Of a DNA stretch of 64,000 bases, positions 39,572 through 53,365 are shown piece after piece. The stretch's first letter is position 1; each line of letters starts with the position of its first letter. The DNA comes from Octopus vulgaris (lineage: Eukaryota), in NCBI GenBank assembly GCA_951406725.2, contig OX597816.1:107260001-107324000 (forward strand), written 5' to 3'. A program made the position numbers and the translations under genes. Below the pieces are notes generated by a model. The model made no database searches. It saw nothing but the letters and a program-made list of their open reading frames with translations, and had not been told where the DNA came from.

Positions 39572-40476
39572 CAAATTTCAACTGTGCCTCAGAAAATCTA
39601 ATCCATGCCATGACATGCTTAGCGTGTGGTAATCATTATATTGGCCAAACAGGAATATCACTCCATTGAAGAACCACTCTCTACAAAGAGCAAATCCGCC
39701 ACCCACAGTACAGACAGATACAGGTCAGTGAACACATAGACAGGTGTGCTGCAACCTTAATCCTAATTTCCTAATTTTTCCCTTCTATCAATGTTCACAG
39801 AACACCTCAGTACAACAAAGAATGAATAAAGAGGCAACTTTCATCAATAAATATGTACCACAACTCAATATAAATACATAACTTAATACAGAACAGGACT
39901 AACCTTTCAATTATTACCACCCATACATCCCATACACCATTCACATTACAGAATTATATCTACCCTAATTGCATCAAACCCAGAACTACTTACCTCCCTT
40001 ACATATAATCTTTTTACTCAGGGACTAGTAGACCCGACACCGTTCAGTAATCGGAGTACATTCAAAGCAGTGATCAGTAATTTTACAAAACCGGTGTGCT
40101 TTTGAATCTGTCTAACAATTCACAATAATGACTGTTATTACTTTAATTCCTACCTCAGTTCATCTAATTGTATATATGTATCGTTACTTTGCATAAAAAG
40201 GCTTTACTTTTTTTGATTTCCAATGTGCATTTTCACATTTTTTCTTCTTACTTTCCCCTTACATTTCCATGTGTAGTTTCTATTTTCTTTTTGTAACATA
40301 TTTCTATGATATATATATATCTTTCCTTCTCCTATGTTTCCGACGAAGAGCTCCGCTCGAAACGTTAAACCCTCCTTCTTCCCTTCTTTCCTGAGCGTCC
40401 AATAATACTTTATTTGTTCCACGTCCTTGCGTTGTTGTGTTTTTTTTGTTTTTTTGTTTTCTTGTTTGGATTAACT
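39571..40476 (+). mobile_element. Penelope-like element 3' fragment: GIY-YIG endonuclease pseudogene, 3' region and hammerhead-like motif
   Basis: NFNCASENLIHAMTCLACGNHYIGQTGISLH*RTT...VSEHIDRC, then (frameshift) FPFYQC...RMNKEATFINKYVPQLN. This fits the PLE GIY-YIG with Cys/His motif and terminal LN. Motif at 40336-40370. Confidence 0.85.
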
Positions 40477-40489
40477 TTATATATATATA

Positions 40490-40999
40490 CTAGCAGTATC
40501 GCCCGGCGTTGCCCGGGTTTGTAAGGGAAATAACTATATAAGCATTTTTAGAGAGTTACTTCCCTTATAGATGCCAATTCGGGCTTTCTTAGCCATTTCT
40601 GTTTTGGTGTCTTCAAGCCATGAAGTGGTTCTAAAAGAACGCTGGTCTCCTTGACAACGCTTTACGACGTTGATTTCCTTACACTCCCTTCCCCACAGCT
40701 TCATGAGGGAGGGAAGAAGAGAGAGAAGCAAACAAGTGCAGGTGTGACCATGGACGCCAACTCCGCCGCCATCGACACACGAAAAATTATGCATTAAAAT
40801 GGAATAAAAAATGATGTTAAATTATTTTTAAAATCGTAGACTCATTGTAGATGCGCGCTAATACTCAGACGGGCTCGATATGAATCACGACTATGAGATA
40901 CCCGAATTTGGTTAAACTGCACCGCAAAATGTGGGAGTAGTTAGGAATCTAAATCGAAGGGGACAGACACTCACACAACTACAGTTTTATATATATAGA
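40490..40999 (-). mobile_element. Non-autonomous Helitron
   Basis: Minus strand starts A|TCTATATATATAAAA and ends with hairpin CCCGG-GCAACG-CCGGG, then CGATACTG-CTAG|T. These are the canonical 5'TC, 3'CTAG, subterminal hairpin and A|T target. Confidence 0.85.
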
Positions 41000-41748
41000 T
41001 ATATATATATACATACATACATGCATAAATACATATACCCATGCACACACTTATGGTACCATTGACATGGCACCGACACAGTTGCTTCATATGTGGCACC
41101 AGCATGGATGCTTTATACATGGGCACCAACACAGCAGCTTTATATATGGTCGCAACACAAGTGCTTTTATGAGGTACTGGCACAGGAGATTTTTACAAGT
41201 TTCTGAATGGGTGCTTTTCTACATGGGACTAGCACAGGTGCTTCTTACATGGCACTGGCATGGGTGCTCCCCACACAACACTGGCATTGTTGCTCTTTAT
41301 GTGACACCAGTACCCATGAGCTTGCAAGACAATAACCTTTCCACTAACAGAAAGCGGTGCCTCACAATGGCAATGACAAGGAATACCAACAAACAGTAAC
41401 AAATGGCAAAATGCCTTACTGGTGTAGACACATCTGATCCATGGAATGATGGAAAAAATAACATTAAAGACAATGATGTGATGCAGTTTCTACTGCTAAT
41501 GATGAGGATGTTGATGGTGGTCTGTCTGTCTCTGTCTCTTTTTTTGTCTTATCTTCCTCACTACTTCCCTTTTTGCTTATAGTCCTCTGTCATTATTCTT
41601 ACTTTCTTTCTTTCTTTCTCAACATTTCTTTCTACACCTGTATCTTTTATCTTTTATGTTTTATCTTTCACTTGTTTCAGTTTTGGGAATAAAATTATAT
41701 AGTTGACTTCATAAGAATTTATAAACTTCAAGAGAACTGGAAATAATT

Positions 41749-41944
41749 CATTTTTGGAATGTTGGACCCTGAAGCAGATAAGTTATATATAATAGCATGT
41801 GAATATTAGGTTTAAAAAACTCCATTTGGATAGAAAAAGTCAAAGGCTGCTCATAGCCTTCAACTTTTACTATCCAAAGTGTTTCCAACCCAATATTTAT
41901 ATGCTATATGTTATCTGTTTCAGGATCCAACATTCCAAAAAATG
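41749..41944. repeat. Imperfect foldback hairpin of about 195 bp (MITE-like)
   Basis: TTTTTGGAATGTTGGACCCTGAAGCAGATAA ... TTATCTGTTTCAGGATCCAACATTCCAAAAA, centred on AAGGCT-GCTCAT-AGCCTT. Confidence 0.8.
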
Positions 41945-42883
41945 GAATATGATAAAGATTTATTTCTGTGTTTGAAAAGAGATATATAGTTGCACTACCA
42001 GCATTTTATTTCTTTATCTTTATCTTTGTTTTGATATGATTTGCATTGGATTTCCTTTTGCAAATACATTTTTTGTTGGACACATTTGTATTTTATAGTA
42101 AAGCATTTTCACTTAGCGATCTCAAAGTGCTGAGCTTTATGAAGGAGATGGCAAAGGACTGAGATATGTGGCACATTGCTGTACTTAAGAAGACCCACCC
42201 ACTATAACAGAATTTAAAATCCTAAAACCAAGATGCCATATAAAAAGTATTGGTGTTGGTGCTGGTGCCAATAAAAAAACACTGGTGATGGTGCCATGTA
42301 AAAAGCACCAAGAACACTATGTAAAGTGATTGACATTAGGAAAGGCATCCAGTTGTAAAAACCAAGCCAGAACAGACAATGGAACCTAGTGCGACCCCTG
42401 GCCTTGCCAGTTCCTGTCAAGCTATTCAACCTCTGCCAGCATAGAAAATGAACATTAAATGCTGGTGATGATGTTGATGAGGTGAATGAAAAGGCTTGAG
42501 TGAATGAAGCATTGAAATTTCCAATTCATGAACAGTGTGTTCATATTTATTATGGGCATATCAGATATAGGAAGGATAGTAAATTTGTATTTGACTTTAT
42601 TCGCTTGTCATGACTGCTTTGATTTTTCTACCAACTTGGGTGGAATACTGTTGCAAGCTGTGCATAAATTATGTATGAACATTGGGGACATGCCATGCAT
42701 TTTAACCAGTACATTTTATCATTGCGTGGTTGTTATTAGTTGAAAACTAAGTTGGACAAGGATTGATCTCCAACAAAACAAGAAATTGTTCTGGCATCAG
42801 TGAAGCACATTAGATAATTACTGAGCAATGTAGTTCAAGTCTACTTCTTTCTATAATTCTTTTTGTAATTCTTTCTTTTCCAG

Positions 42884-42989
42884 TTTCTTCATGACTGGCT
42901 ACTTGCCTGTTGGATTTGAATTTGCAGTCGAGATTACATTTCCAGAACCTGAAGGAACATCATCAGGGCTAATGAATGCTTCTGCACAG
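42884..42989 (+). CDS. FLVCR2: FLVCR-like transporter, coding exon F
   Basis: cttttccag| ... |gtaaca, 106 nt. (G)[35 protein letters not shown] is nearly identical to the FLVCR signature [35 protein letters not shown]. Confidence 0.96.
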
Positions 42990-44002
42990 GTAACAAAGCA
43001 AGGACACTTTTCTTGTTTCCTTAAACGTTTTACTATAGAAATCAGATATATCAACTCAAAATTTCATTACTTTTAACTGTGCAATGCAGTTTTATATATC
43101 AATCTGTCTTTTGTTGAGGAATGTCATGTTTGAATCTATTTTCTGTTGAGATATGTCAAATCTCTCGAGACACTGTGATCTGTTGAAAATACCAATTCTA
43201 TTTTTTGGTTGACATTATTACTGGAACAACCATGGAATTTAATTTTGTAGTAAAAGGTTTAAGAATGCAAGTGAGAATTGTCAATCATCTCACTCAACCA
43301 TCTTTAATCTTTTACTTGTTTCAGTCAGTATTATGCATCCTGAAGCAGTTAGGTGCACAGTGAACTGCCAGGTTATGGGGATTGTAAACTAATCAATACT
43401 GGTTGCCAAGCAGTGGTAGAGTGTGGACAAAATCAAACAAAAAGGCATACACACACACTCAAAAACACATGAAGACTCAAACACATATGCGCACATGTGC
43501 ACATACACACACACACACATACACATGCACACACACACATATTTATATACATACAGCAGACTTCCTCACAGTTTTTCATTTACCAAGTTTACTCACAAGG
43601 CTTTGGTTGGCCTGGAGCTATAGAAGAAGACACTTCTTTCAGTTTCCATCAGCCATATCCACCAATGTAGCTTTGATCATCCTGAAGCTATAGTAAAAGA
43701 CTCTTGCCCAAGGTGCTGCATAGTGAGACTGAAACCGAAAATGCAAAGGAAGCTTCTTAACCATACAGTTATGTCTGTGCCTGTATTATAAAAAATAATT
43801 TTTACCCAGTTTATTAAACCTTAAGGCATTATAGGTGCTGGTATATCTGTGTGTTAAGAAGTTTGCTTCCCAGCCATATAGTTTCAGGGTTTATATTCTC
43901 ACTGTGGGGCACCTTGGCCAAGCTTTTTCTACTATAGACACAAGCTGATCAATGCCTTATGAATGGATTTGGTTGACAGAAACTGAAAATAGCCCATCTC
44001 AT

Positions 44003-44390
44003 ATTCTTTTACTTGTTTCAGTCATTTGACTGTGGCCATGCTGGAGCACCGCCTTTAGTCGAGCAAATCGACCCCGCGACTTATTCTTTGTAAGCCCAGT
44101 ACTTATTCTATCGGTCTCTTTTGCCGAACCGCTAAGTGACGGGGATGTAAACACACCAGCATCGGTTGTCAAGCAATGCTAGGGAGACAAACACGGACAT
44201 ACACACACACATACATATATATATATACGACAGGCTGCTTTCAGTTTCCATCTACCAAATCCACTCACAAGGCATTGGTCGGCCCGGGGCTATAGCAGAA
44301 GACACTTGCCCAAGATGCCACGTAGTGGGACTGAACCCGGAACCATGTGGTTGGTTAGCAAGCTACTTACCACACAGCCACTCCTGCGCC
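44003..44390 (-). mobile_element. CORE-like SINE (family 3), young full-length copy
   Basis: Reverse complement: GGCGCAGGAGTGGCTGTGTGGTAAG (A box), GGTTCAGTCCC (B box), CTTGGGCAAGTGTCTTC (CORE-like), ending GAAACAAGTAAAAGAATA. Confidence 0.88.
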
Positions 44391-45425
44391 TATATATATA
44401 TTTATATATATATATAATTGAAAAAAAAACAGATACCCAAGTGCAAGCCTGGAAATATGTGTAATACTACTACTGGATAGCACAGGGTGAAATCTGAAGG
44501 TGGAGAATATACCATACACACACACAAAGTTCAAGTTTACAGAAAACAAGTTTACACACACACACACAAAGTTCAAGTTTACAGAAAACAAAAGATGAAG
44601 ACAGGTATATATATATGTATGTATGTATGTATGTATGAGGTTTGTAGGTGTGAGTGTGTATATGTTTGAATGTTTGTGTCTCACTCTCTTGACATTGTAT
44701 AATTGTTGTAAACAAATATTCATTCCTGATATTCTGTGAAAACATATCTGGCTATAGGGAAGTATTCCTTTACTTGGAAATAGATTAGGGTTGGCAACAA
44801 GAAGGAAATCTGGCTGTAGAAAACCTGCCTCAGTAATTTTGTGTATTTCACATTCAAATACTGGCTAAAACCTACTTGGGTGGTTAAACTTAATCTGTTG
44901 CCCATTTTAACATTACCACCTAAAACTCTGGGTGCATTTAGCCAACTCTACATTGTTGCAAGCATTCAGGACAAGTCTCTAGTTTGAGGAAACCTTCTTC
45001 CCTCCATCTTGCCAATCTCAGAAGCCTTGCAAAGGGTTATGGGCACTACTTTCACTTTTATCTAAAAGATAAAAGAAAAAATTCTTTTAAATTCCTCCAC
45101 CCTTCTTTATTCTCACAGTTATGCTTTTGTTACAACTACCTTCAGCTGCTATACATGCAGTATGCCGCCATCAATCTAAGTAGTTGGTGGATTTAATTTT
45201 CTGATTTTTTTCTCCCAATTGTCATCTTTTACTTGTTTCAGTCATTGAACTATGACCATGCTGGGGCTCCACCTTGAATGTTTTAGATGAATGAATCTTG
45301 TTTTTAAAGTCTGGTACTTATTCCATTAGCATCATTGGCTGAACCACTAAGTTACAAGGATGCAAACAAACCAACATTGGTTGTCATGCAGTGATGGGAT
45401 ACAAAGACAAACACACACACACATA

Positions 45426-45469
<44 letters not shown>

Positions 45470-47574
45470 ACAGACTTCTTTCGGTTTCTGTCTACAAAAT
45501 CTCACAAGGTTTGGTTGACCCAGGGTTATATAAGATGAAGCAGACACTTTCCCAAAGTACTACATAGTGGGACTGAACCTGAAACCATATGGATGGGGAG
45601 CAAACATCTTACCACACAGCCAATATGCACCTATTACTGTATATCTATCACCTCTGAAATAGATGTACAAAATGTACAAACAAATAGCATTGTATCTATT
45701 GTATTCTGAATACACACCCATCTTTATAAACTACAAACCATTCTTGATTAACAATAGACATATTTGAATAGCATAATCAATGGTCAGAGAAATGCAGAAA
45801 TATCATAAAAACTGACAACCAAACCTGGCATTTTATCTAAGTGAACTTACATAATCATTGTCTAAAAAAAACACATAGTCTAAAAGTGACAATGCATTCT
45901 AGTGAATAGGATGAATAAAAACTGTTGCTTAGTTTAAATGCTTCTGTATTCAACAATACGAGTATAAAGTAAATTCATGATATGTACTTTATTCCAGTAA
46001 CAAATATATATTTTTTTAAACCAAAAGAAACTGAAAGTTGTTTTAGCTTAATGAACTCTAGCAGAGAAAAAATTGTAATCTGGTAAGATAAAACTGAAGA
46101 AACATTTGAAAAACAAATGTGGGATGTAAACTAAGAAGGAGTGCAAGTATGACCATGTGGTTAAGAAGTTTGCTTTACAACCATGTGACTTCAGGTTCCA
46201 TTCTGCCACTACATGGCAAGTTGGGAAAGTAGTTTCTACAAGAACTGAGGCCAGCCAATGACTTGTTGAGTTAAACTGATTGCCAGGAACTGTTTGGAAG
46301 CCTGTCGTATAGATAGATAAATAGATAGATAGATAGATAGATAGATAGACAGACAGGCAGACAGACAGACAGACAGACACATACATACATACATACATAC
46401 ATACATACATACATACATACATACATACATACATACATACATACATACATACATTCATGAATATAAAAAATAAGTTACAAATGAAAAGCATCTATTAAAT
46501 ACAAAGCAAAATGAAATGAAATATAATGAGTGTGACATAATTTTACTTTCATAGATTCCTTTAAAAAATATATAAATAAAAAAGAAACAGTTCTGCTACT
46601 TGGTGACCCTGCTGAAGTTGGTGCCATGCAAAAAACACCCAGAACATTTTGTAAAGTGACTGGCATTAGGAAGGGTAATCAAGCTGTAGAAAGCATGCTA
46701 AAGTGGACAATGGAACTTAGTACAGTCCTCTGGCTTGCCAACTCTTGTCAAACTGTCCAAGCCATACCAGTATGGAAACTGAATGATAAATGATGATGAT
46801 GATGATGATGATGGTGATAAATTTCAGAAGTATTCAAGTTCAAGAAACTATGAGGTTAAAAAAAATAATTATACAAATATTCATAAACATAAAATTTATA
46901 ATTAATGATTTGTCTGTAAATATTTGGACAACACAATTAATTTTTGGTTGATGTCACTGTTTAATAAGGGTGACAGTCTAATGATGAAAAATACTACATA
47001 ATCATAAATGTATTCATAAAATTTTATTAATTAAATGGTTGATACTGACAATATTATATATTAATATTTTAATGATAATAATAATAATAATTATCAAATA
47101 CTATAGCTTTTCTCCTGAGCCTGTCTAGCTATGTGGTGTGCTCAATGTTCATTTTGCACACCCATTATGTCCACCCATCCTCTCCCCACCACTATTTTAA
47201 TTCATACTTTAACATTTTCACTTGGTGACTCATATGCTTCCTGTACTGTGTGTGTGAATACATATTTTGATTATACCCTTATACCTTTATACAGGTGCCC
47301 TGATGAGTGTTGTATACAGTTAAAGGTACCTCATATATGAATATTTAGACATATAATACTTAAACTGCCCTACGCAACCACCCTATTCTCATACCCACGT
47401 GTTGGCTCTTGCTCTAGATGTTGGATGAGGTGGGGGAAAACTGTGATTCATTGTAATTCACTGAATAAACTCTGTACCAAAGCTCTATACTAGCTGGCAA
47501 GCATTTACACAGATCTTTTCAGGTGATGACAAAATTTCCACTACTACTTTCCTGCCACCTCTCCCAAGTACTCA

Positions 47575-48478
47575 ATCTCAGGACCACTACCATCAATGTT
47601 GGCACAATGAAAGGAAGGAGTGGAAAGATTATTGAAATGTTGGAGTGATGCCATGTTGATGTGTGTGGTGTGCAAAAAGTAAGATGGAGAGAAGCATCAG
47701 GTAGATTCCTCATGGGTAAGAGACAAGAGATTAAAATTCTTCTGGCTCAGCAGGAAGGATGGTGTAGGTGATGTAGGCATACTGTTAGCAGAAAAGTGGG
47801 TAGATAAGGTAATTGAGGTAGTCAGAGCATGTGATAGGGTAATTAAGATGAGATTTATCCTAGATAAATTAAAAGTTACATTTATCTCTGTCTATGCTCC
47901 TCAGTCTGGGTTGACTGATGAACAGAAGGACCAATTCTATGAGGTCCTTTTGCAGACCACCTCAATGACAAATGACAGAGACTTTGTTATTGTGGCTGGT
48001 GACTTCAATGGATATGTTGGGTAGCATCCCCATGGATTCCAAGGAGTGCATGGGAACTGTAGCTTTGGACCTAGAAATGAGGAGGGAACAAGACTGCTGG
48101 AGTTCTGTGATGCAAGGGATCTCATGATCTGCAACATTAACTTAAAAAAACCAGTCAGCCACCTAATCACTTATCAGTCTGGTGAACACATAAGCCAGAT
48201 TGACTACCTCCACACCAGGCAACAAGATAGATGGATGCTTAAAAATGTAAAGTCTTTCCCAGATGAAGAGTGTTCAATCCAATGTAGGTTACTAGTTAGT
48301 GACTTCAGAATTAGAGCTAGAAAGACTCAGAGAAATAAATCAATCTGGAAAAAAGACTATGGAAGCTCAAAGACCCAACAAACAGACAAAAATTTAGAGA
48401 TTTACAAACTGAAGCTTCTGATGAAAGATAGGAAGAATTGGGGGCATATAGCTTAGAGGACAACTGGAAGTTCATAAA
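47575..48478 (+). mobile_element. RTE-clade LINE AP-endonuclease pseudogene fragment
   Basis: TINVGTMKGRS...FISVYAPQSG...IVAGDFNGYVG...FGPRNEEGTRLLEFC...SQIDY, with stops and frameshifts. Confidence 0.88.
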
Positions 48479-48509
48479 TTGGAATATATAGCTTAGAGGA
48501 CAATTGGAA

Positions 48510-48550
<41 letters not shown>

Positions 48551-48868
48551 TGGAGAAGAGAAATAGAGAAATAACGTGTGCGTTCGGTCATATAGTAATA
48601 TAATAAATAAATAAAATATATGCATATATACATACATATATGTATATACTTACATCTACATGTATATATACATGCATACATATATATATATATATGAGTA
48701 CAGGACACCACAAATAAACGTAGAACACAACGAGAGACAAGAACATAAAATCAAACAGGGAAACGGACTTTTTTTAAACAACGAAAAAACAGAGTACAGG
48801 ACAAACAATACAAGGAAAATTCCCCTTCATCAGCTGTCCCTGGTTTGACTCAAAGTGTGTTTCGAAGG

Positions 48869-48913
<45 letters not shown>

Positions 48914-50741
48914 GTTTATTAAAGCTGCAAAATTATCACAGAACTGTTACTCAGAGTTTCATGTTCCTGTTCATCAAATAGTTGTGATAAATACTGAATT
49001 CAGTGAAACTCTGAGTAACAGTTCTGTTACAAAGCATTGGAAGCAAGCTCAAGAGTCACTCAAACAGAGAAGGAATAGACTTGATATGTAAATATGAGCC
49101 TTGGTCACACAGTCTCAGGAAACACCTGAGAATAGGATTCATAGATTAGATGATAAGTGTACAAAAGTCTCTGTCATACACACTTAGGAGATGATGTCCC
49201 ATTTCACTTTAAATGACTCCAATTTCCAGTGTGTCTTATTTTTGCCATGGCCATCAACAAATTGGAAGGGCAAGCATTTTTGGTTGCTGGTTTACACATT
49301 GAAGAATCCTGCTTCACTCATGGTCAGCTTTACACTGGATGATCAAGAGGAGGAAGTAAGAAAAATCCTTACATCTATGGACCAAATAGAAAAACAAAAA
49401 AATCTTTGTTTATTGATACATCATAAATTGCCTCAAATAATGTAGAATTCCATCCTGATCAAGGGGCCTATCCATTAGGAAGACATGGTGTGAGATTAAA
49501 TAAAATAAATAGAAATAAAGGCATTCTACTGCCTTGCAACAATGGGCTACTCAGCTAGTATATATTTATATCATCGTTATCATCAGCATCATCATCATTT
49601 AACTTCCATTGTCCATGCTGGCATGCGTAGGGTGGTCTGACCAGAGCTGGCAAGCTGGGGAGCTTCACCAGACTCCAGTCTGTTTTGGCATGGTTTCTAT
49701 GTCTGGATGCCCTTCCTAATACCAACCACTTTACAAAGTGTGCTGGATGCTTTTACATGGCACCAGCACAGAACTCTTGCAGGCCAATTCTTTTATAAGT
49801 AGCTTATATAAATATATATATATTAAAAATATATATGTATCAAAAGATGTGTTATAACACTATTCCACATATACAAAAATAGCCATACCAACAATCCAAC
49901 ATACCTTCATCATCAGCTGCCTCATGGATATCATTATGGTTTTGACACCTGGGCAGTACCATTCAGTCTGGTGGTGTCAACAGCACTAAAAGAAGTGTTG
50001 TTTGGGAACAAACATACCCCCCTCCCCCCCAAACCTAAATCTAAATATAGGCAGGATTAAACACTATGTATACCTCATAAGCATCCAAGAGATTTTAAGG
50101 CCAGTGTCTAGCTCTGGTTTCATGAATTTGAACAGATGAGAAATAAATCTTTCCTAGATAGGATGCTAGTCTGTTAGAAGTTATATATATCCTAATGACC
50201 TGGTAGCTTAACTTTATGACTGAGATAGTAAAATAAAAATAATGATGTAAGTGGATGCTCTAAGAAATGCTTGCAACAGGCTGGCTATATAACTTACAAT
50301 TTTGTTTTAAATTTGTATGCTAACTAGAAACTCGATTTGTCTCGAAGAATAATTGAACTTAAGACTTCTGTGTTAGTAATGCAAAAACTTTTACCATTTT
50401 GCTTCTACATTGAACTGTCCAGCTCATGCAAGCATGGAAAACCAGAAGGAAAACAATAATGTGTATAGTTGTTACATGCTATTAGGATGAGCACTGTTTA
50501 ATGTTGGTGCCAAAATAGGAGTAGATTATTATGTAATTTATATTTCATTATTTACTTAGTCTAAGGAGAGCTGTATCTGTGCCCTTCAGAGCAGGAATCT
50601 CTAATCACTGAGCCACAGACCAGTACCAGATCACAGAGAAAAATTTTTTAAATTTTATTTCTATTTTATTATCTATTGCAGTCTGCAGCATGTTTTTGCA
50701 TTATATATGTTATATACATGTACTATATATGTAATGGTTAA

Positions 50742-50973
50742 GGCGGTGAGCTGGTAGAATTGTTTGCACGCCGGGTGAAATACTTAGCGGTATTTCGTCT
50801 GCCGCTACATTCTGAGTTCAAATTCCGCCGAGGTCGACTTTGCCTTTCATCCTTTCAGGGTCGATTAAATAAGTACCAGTTACACAATAGGGTCGATGTA
50901 ATCGACTTAATCCCTTTGTCAGTCATTGTTTGTTCCCTCTATGTTTAGCCCCTTGTGGGCAATAAAGAAATAC
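50742..50973 (+). mobile_element. Family-2 SINE with a 17-bp TSD
   Basis: Exact TSD ATATATGTAATGGTTAA at 50725-50741 and 50974-50990. Confidence 0.9.
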
Positions 50974-51439
50974 ATATATGTAATGGTTAAATTATATACT
51001 ATATTACACAAGGTCACCACAAAGTGAATCCTAGAATTTGTAGCCATTGTGAAGGTTTTAGTTTTATGACTACACCAAATTGTCATCATTGCCTTTATTA
51101 TTTCAAGTTCACTTTCAATGCTGTCATAGACTGGATGGTTTGACATGATTTAACAGGCTGATGGTATTTGTCCAAACACATAGTTAGTAGTTGACTTCAT
51201 CCAACTGTTAGCTGACATCTCACTGACACGTATGGGTGTGAATATTTACAGCTCTAAAATTATTGTAATCATCTATTAATTAATTAAGTTTAGCTTTTCA
51301 AAAACTATTTAACTAAAGCTATTTAACACATGAGAAACATTTTTTTTCTGCTGCTTTAAATTTGAATGGATTTTGTAAACAGAAACTGTAAGAAGCTCAT
51401 TGATATATATACATACATACATATATATATATATTTCAA

Positions 51440-51514
<75 letters not shown>

Positions 51515-51685
51515 CTGTGTCGGTGGCACATAAAATCACCCACTACACTCTCGGAGTGGTTGGCGTTAGGAAGGGCATCCAGCTGTAGAAACACTGCCAG
51601 ATCTGACTGGACTGGTGCAGCTTTCGGGCTCCCCAGACCCCAGTTGAACCGTCCAACCCATGCTAGCATGGAAAGCGGACGTTAA

Positions 51686-51730
<45 letters not shown>

Positions 51731-51745
51731 ATTATTATTATTCAC

Positions 51746-51825
51746 GCCATATGGCATAGTGGTTAAGAGTGTGGGCTACTAACCCCAAGATTCTGAGTTC
51801 GGTTCCCAGCAGTGGCCTGAATGAT
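51746..51825 (+). mobile_element. Short tRNA-like SINE head or tRNA pseudogene
   Basis: TGGCATAGTGG (A box) and GAGTTCGGTTCC (B box); no intact cloverleaf 3' end. Confidence 0.55.
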
Positions 51826-53052
51826 AATTAGAAAAGCACTCGGAGAGTGCAGACCTCTGCCAAGTAGCTCATTTCCACCCATATACACGTATGCTGAAAA
51901 TCACCTGATTTCCCAAACCAACGCTGGCAAAAACATAACCTCCTTGGCGAGGTTAAAAAAAAATAACTCAGCCACATGATCTTTAAAAAAAACCCCTTTA
52001 AAAACAGGAATCATCTGAAGCACACATAATATATATATATATATATTATATGTGTGTGTGTGTGCATGTATATATGTCTGTGTATGGGTGTATGTATATT
52101 TGTATCTCCTTGTCTTGACATCATGCGATAGTTTTAAATGAGAGTCACTGACATACATGCTGTGTCATTCATTTCCTATATTCTGTGAGAACATGTCTGG
52201 CCATGGGGAAATATTACTTAGCTTGCAAACAGGTAAGGGTTGTTGATAGAAAGGGTATCCAACTGTAGAATATCTGCCTCAATAAATTTTGTCTGGCCCA
52301 TGTAAGCATGGAAAAACGGACATTAAAATGATGGTGATGATGATGAATTTTCATTCGTGTTAAGTCAGGGGAAGAAGGTAGTATTCTTGACCAGTTTTAG
52401 AGCTTCTGAGATAGATGGGAAGAAGTGGATGGGTGATGGTTATTCTTCAAAAAGAAGTCTACAAAATGGACTCTTCTAAGGCCACTCACAAACTGGGCAT
52501 CTGATTAATTGAATCTCCCACCCACACACATAAATGGCCTCTCCAACTGGTTTTCACACAATTTTATTGTATCAAATTTTCACTTATAAGCTCCCAGGCT
52601 ATGGTAAAAGACATTTCCTAGGATTGAACCTGAAACCATGTAGTTGTGAAGTACAGTTCTTTACCACACAGCCTTGCCTGCACCCATTAAAGAAGGGCAG
52701 TGTATTGTAGCATGGTCATAGATATAGTGTTTATGTATTTTTAAAAAATGTTTTCAATTATTTATTAAAAATATAAAATCTATAAAACCATTTAAATGTT
52801 TTCAAATCATATGACTTTCCTTTCAAAAAGAATAAAAATCATCACAATCACCTATAATTGACAAATTAAACAAAACTATACACACATGCTTTACTCTAAT
52901 TTTTTATTTATTTACAAACCAATGGTAAAAAAAATTCAGAAATATTTTCTGATTCAATTATAATAAAAGCATATTGTTTTATACTTTGTTTTTTAAAAGT
53001 AATTTTATTAACAAAATATACAATGTGAGTCTGTTTTTTGTTGCTCATGAAA

Positions 53053-53365
53053 TACAAGGTGCATTCCAGAAGTTTTGAGACTTTTCCAGGAGAGACATCT
53101 ATTAATTTCAGCCTAATACAAAACTGTAATTTTCCTCAAAGTAGGATCTGTTGACTTCAGTGCACTTATTGTAGCACACCAGTCACTTCACGAAGGTCTC
53201 GTTGAAGTCTTCCAAAGTGAAGATGTCCAAGACCCTTGTTACAACCTTCTTCATTTTCTCCTTCAGCTTGGTAAACACCCTAAAGTCACATGGGGCAAGG
53301 TCTGGACAGCAGGGAGGGTGAGAAACAGTTTCGATGCCTATCTCTGTCAAGTATTTGGCTACCAA
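53053..53365 (-). mobile_element. Mariner relic, C-terminal fragment
   Basis: YLTEIGIETVSHPPCCPDLAPCDF matches HPPYSPDLAPCDF. TIR-like TACAAGGTGCATTCCAGAAG. Confidence 0.8.

Noticed and set aside
16067-42883. Nested gene or mutually exclusive FLVCR exon in the 26.8-kb intron
   Set aside because: I found no paralogous exon or intact non-transposon ORF by eye; short or non-coding exons cannot be excluded.
44515-44592. Two-copy tandem repeat of about 40 bp
   Set aside because: Ordinary slippage between (CA)n tracts.
47295-47335. CTGATGA hammerhead-like start (GGTGCC-CTGATGA...GGTACC)
   Set aside because: No GAAA core is present; at best a deleted relic.
48820-48870. Minus-strand GAAAC...CTGATGAAGGGG, a possible permuted hammerhead
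   Set aside because: Stems I and III cannot be drawn convincingly; probably partial PLE-end sequence.
50590-51300. Possible hAT/Charlie transposase remnant (RVSEMSAN on the - strand)
   Set aside because: Only one short motif and a decayed terminus; too weak without a search.
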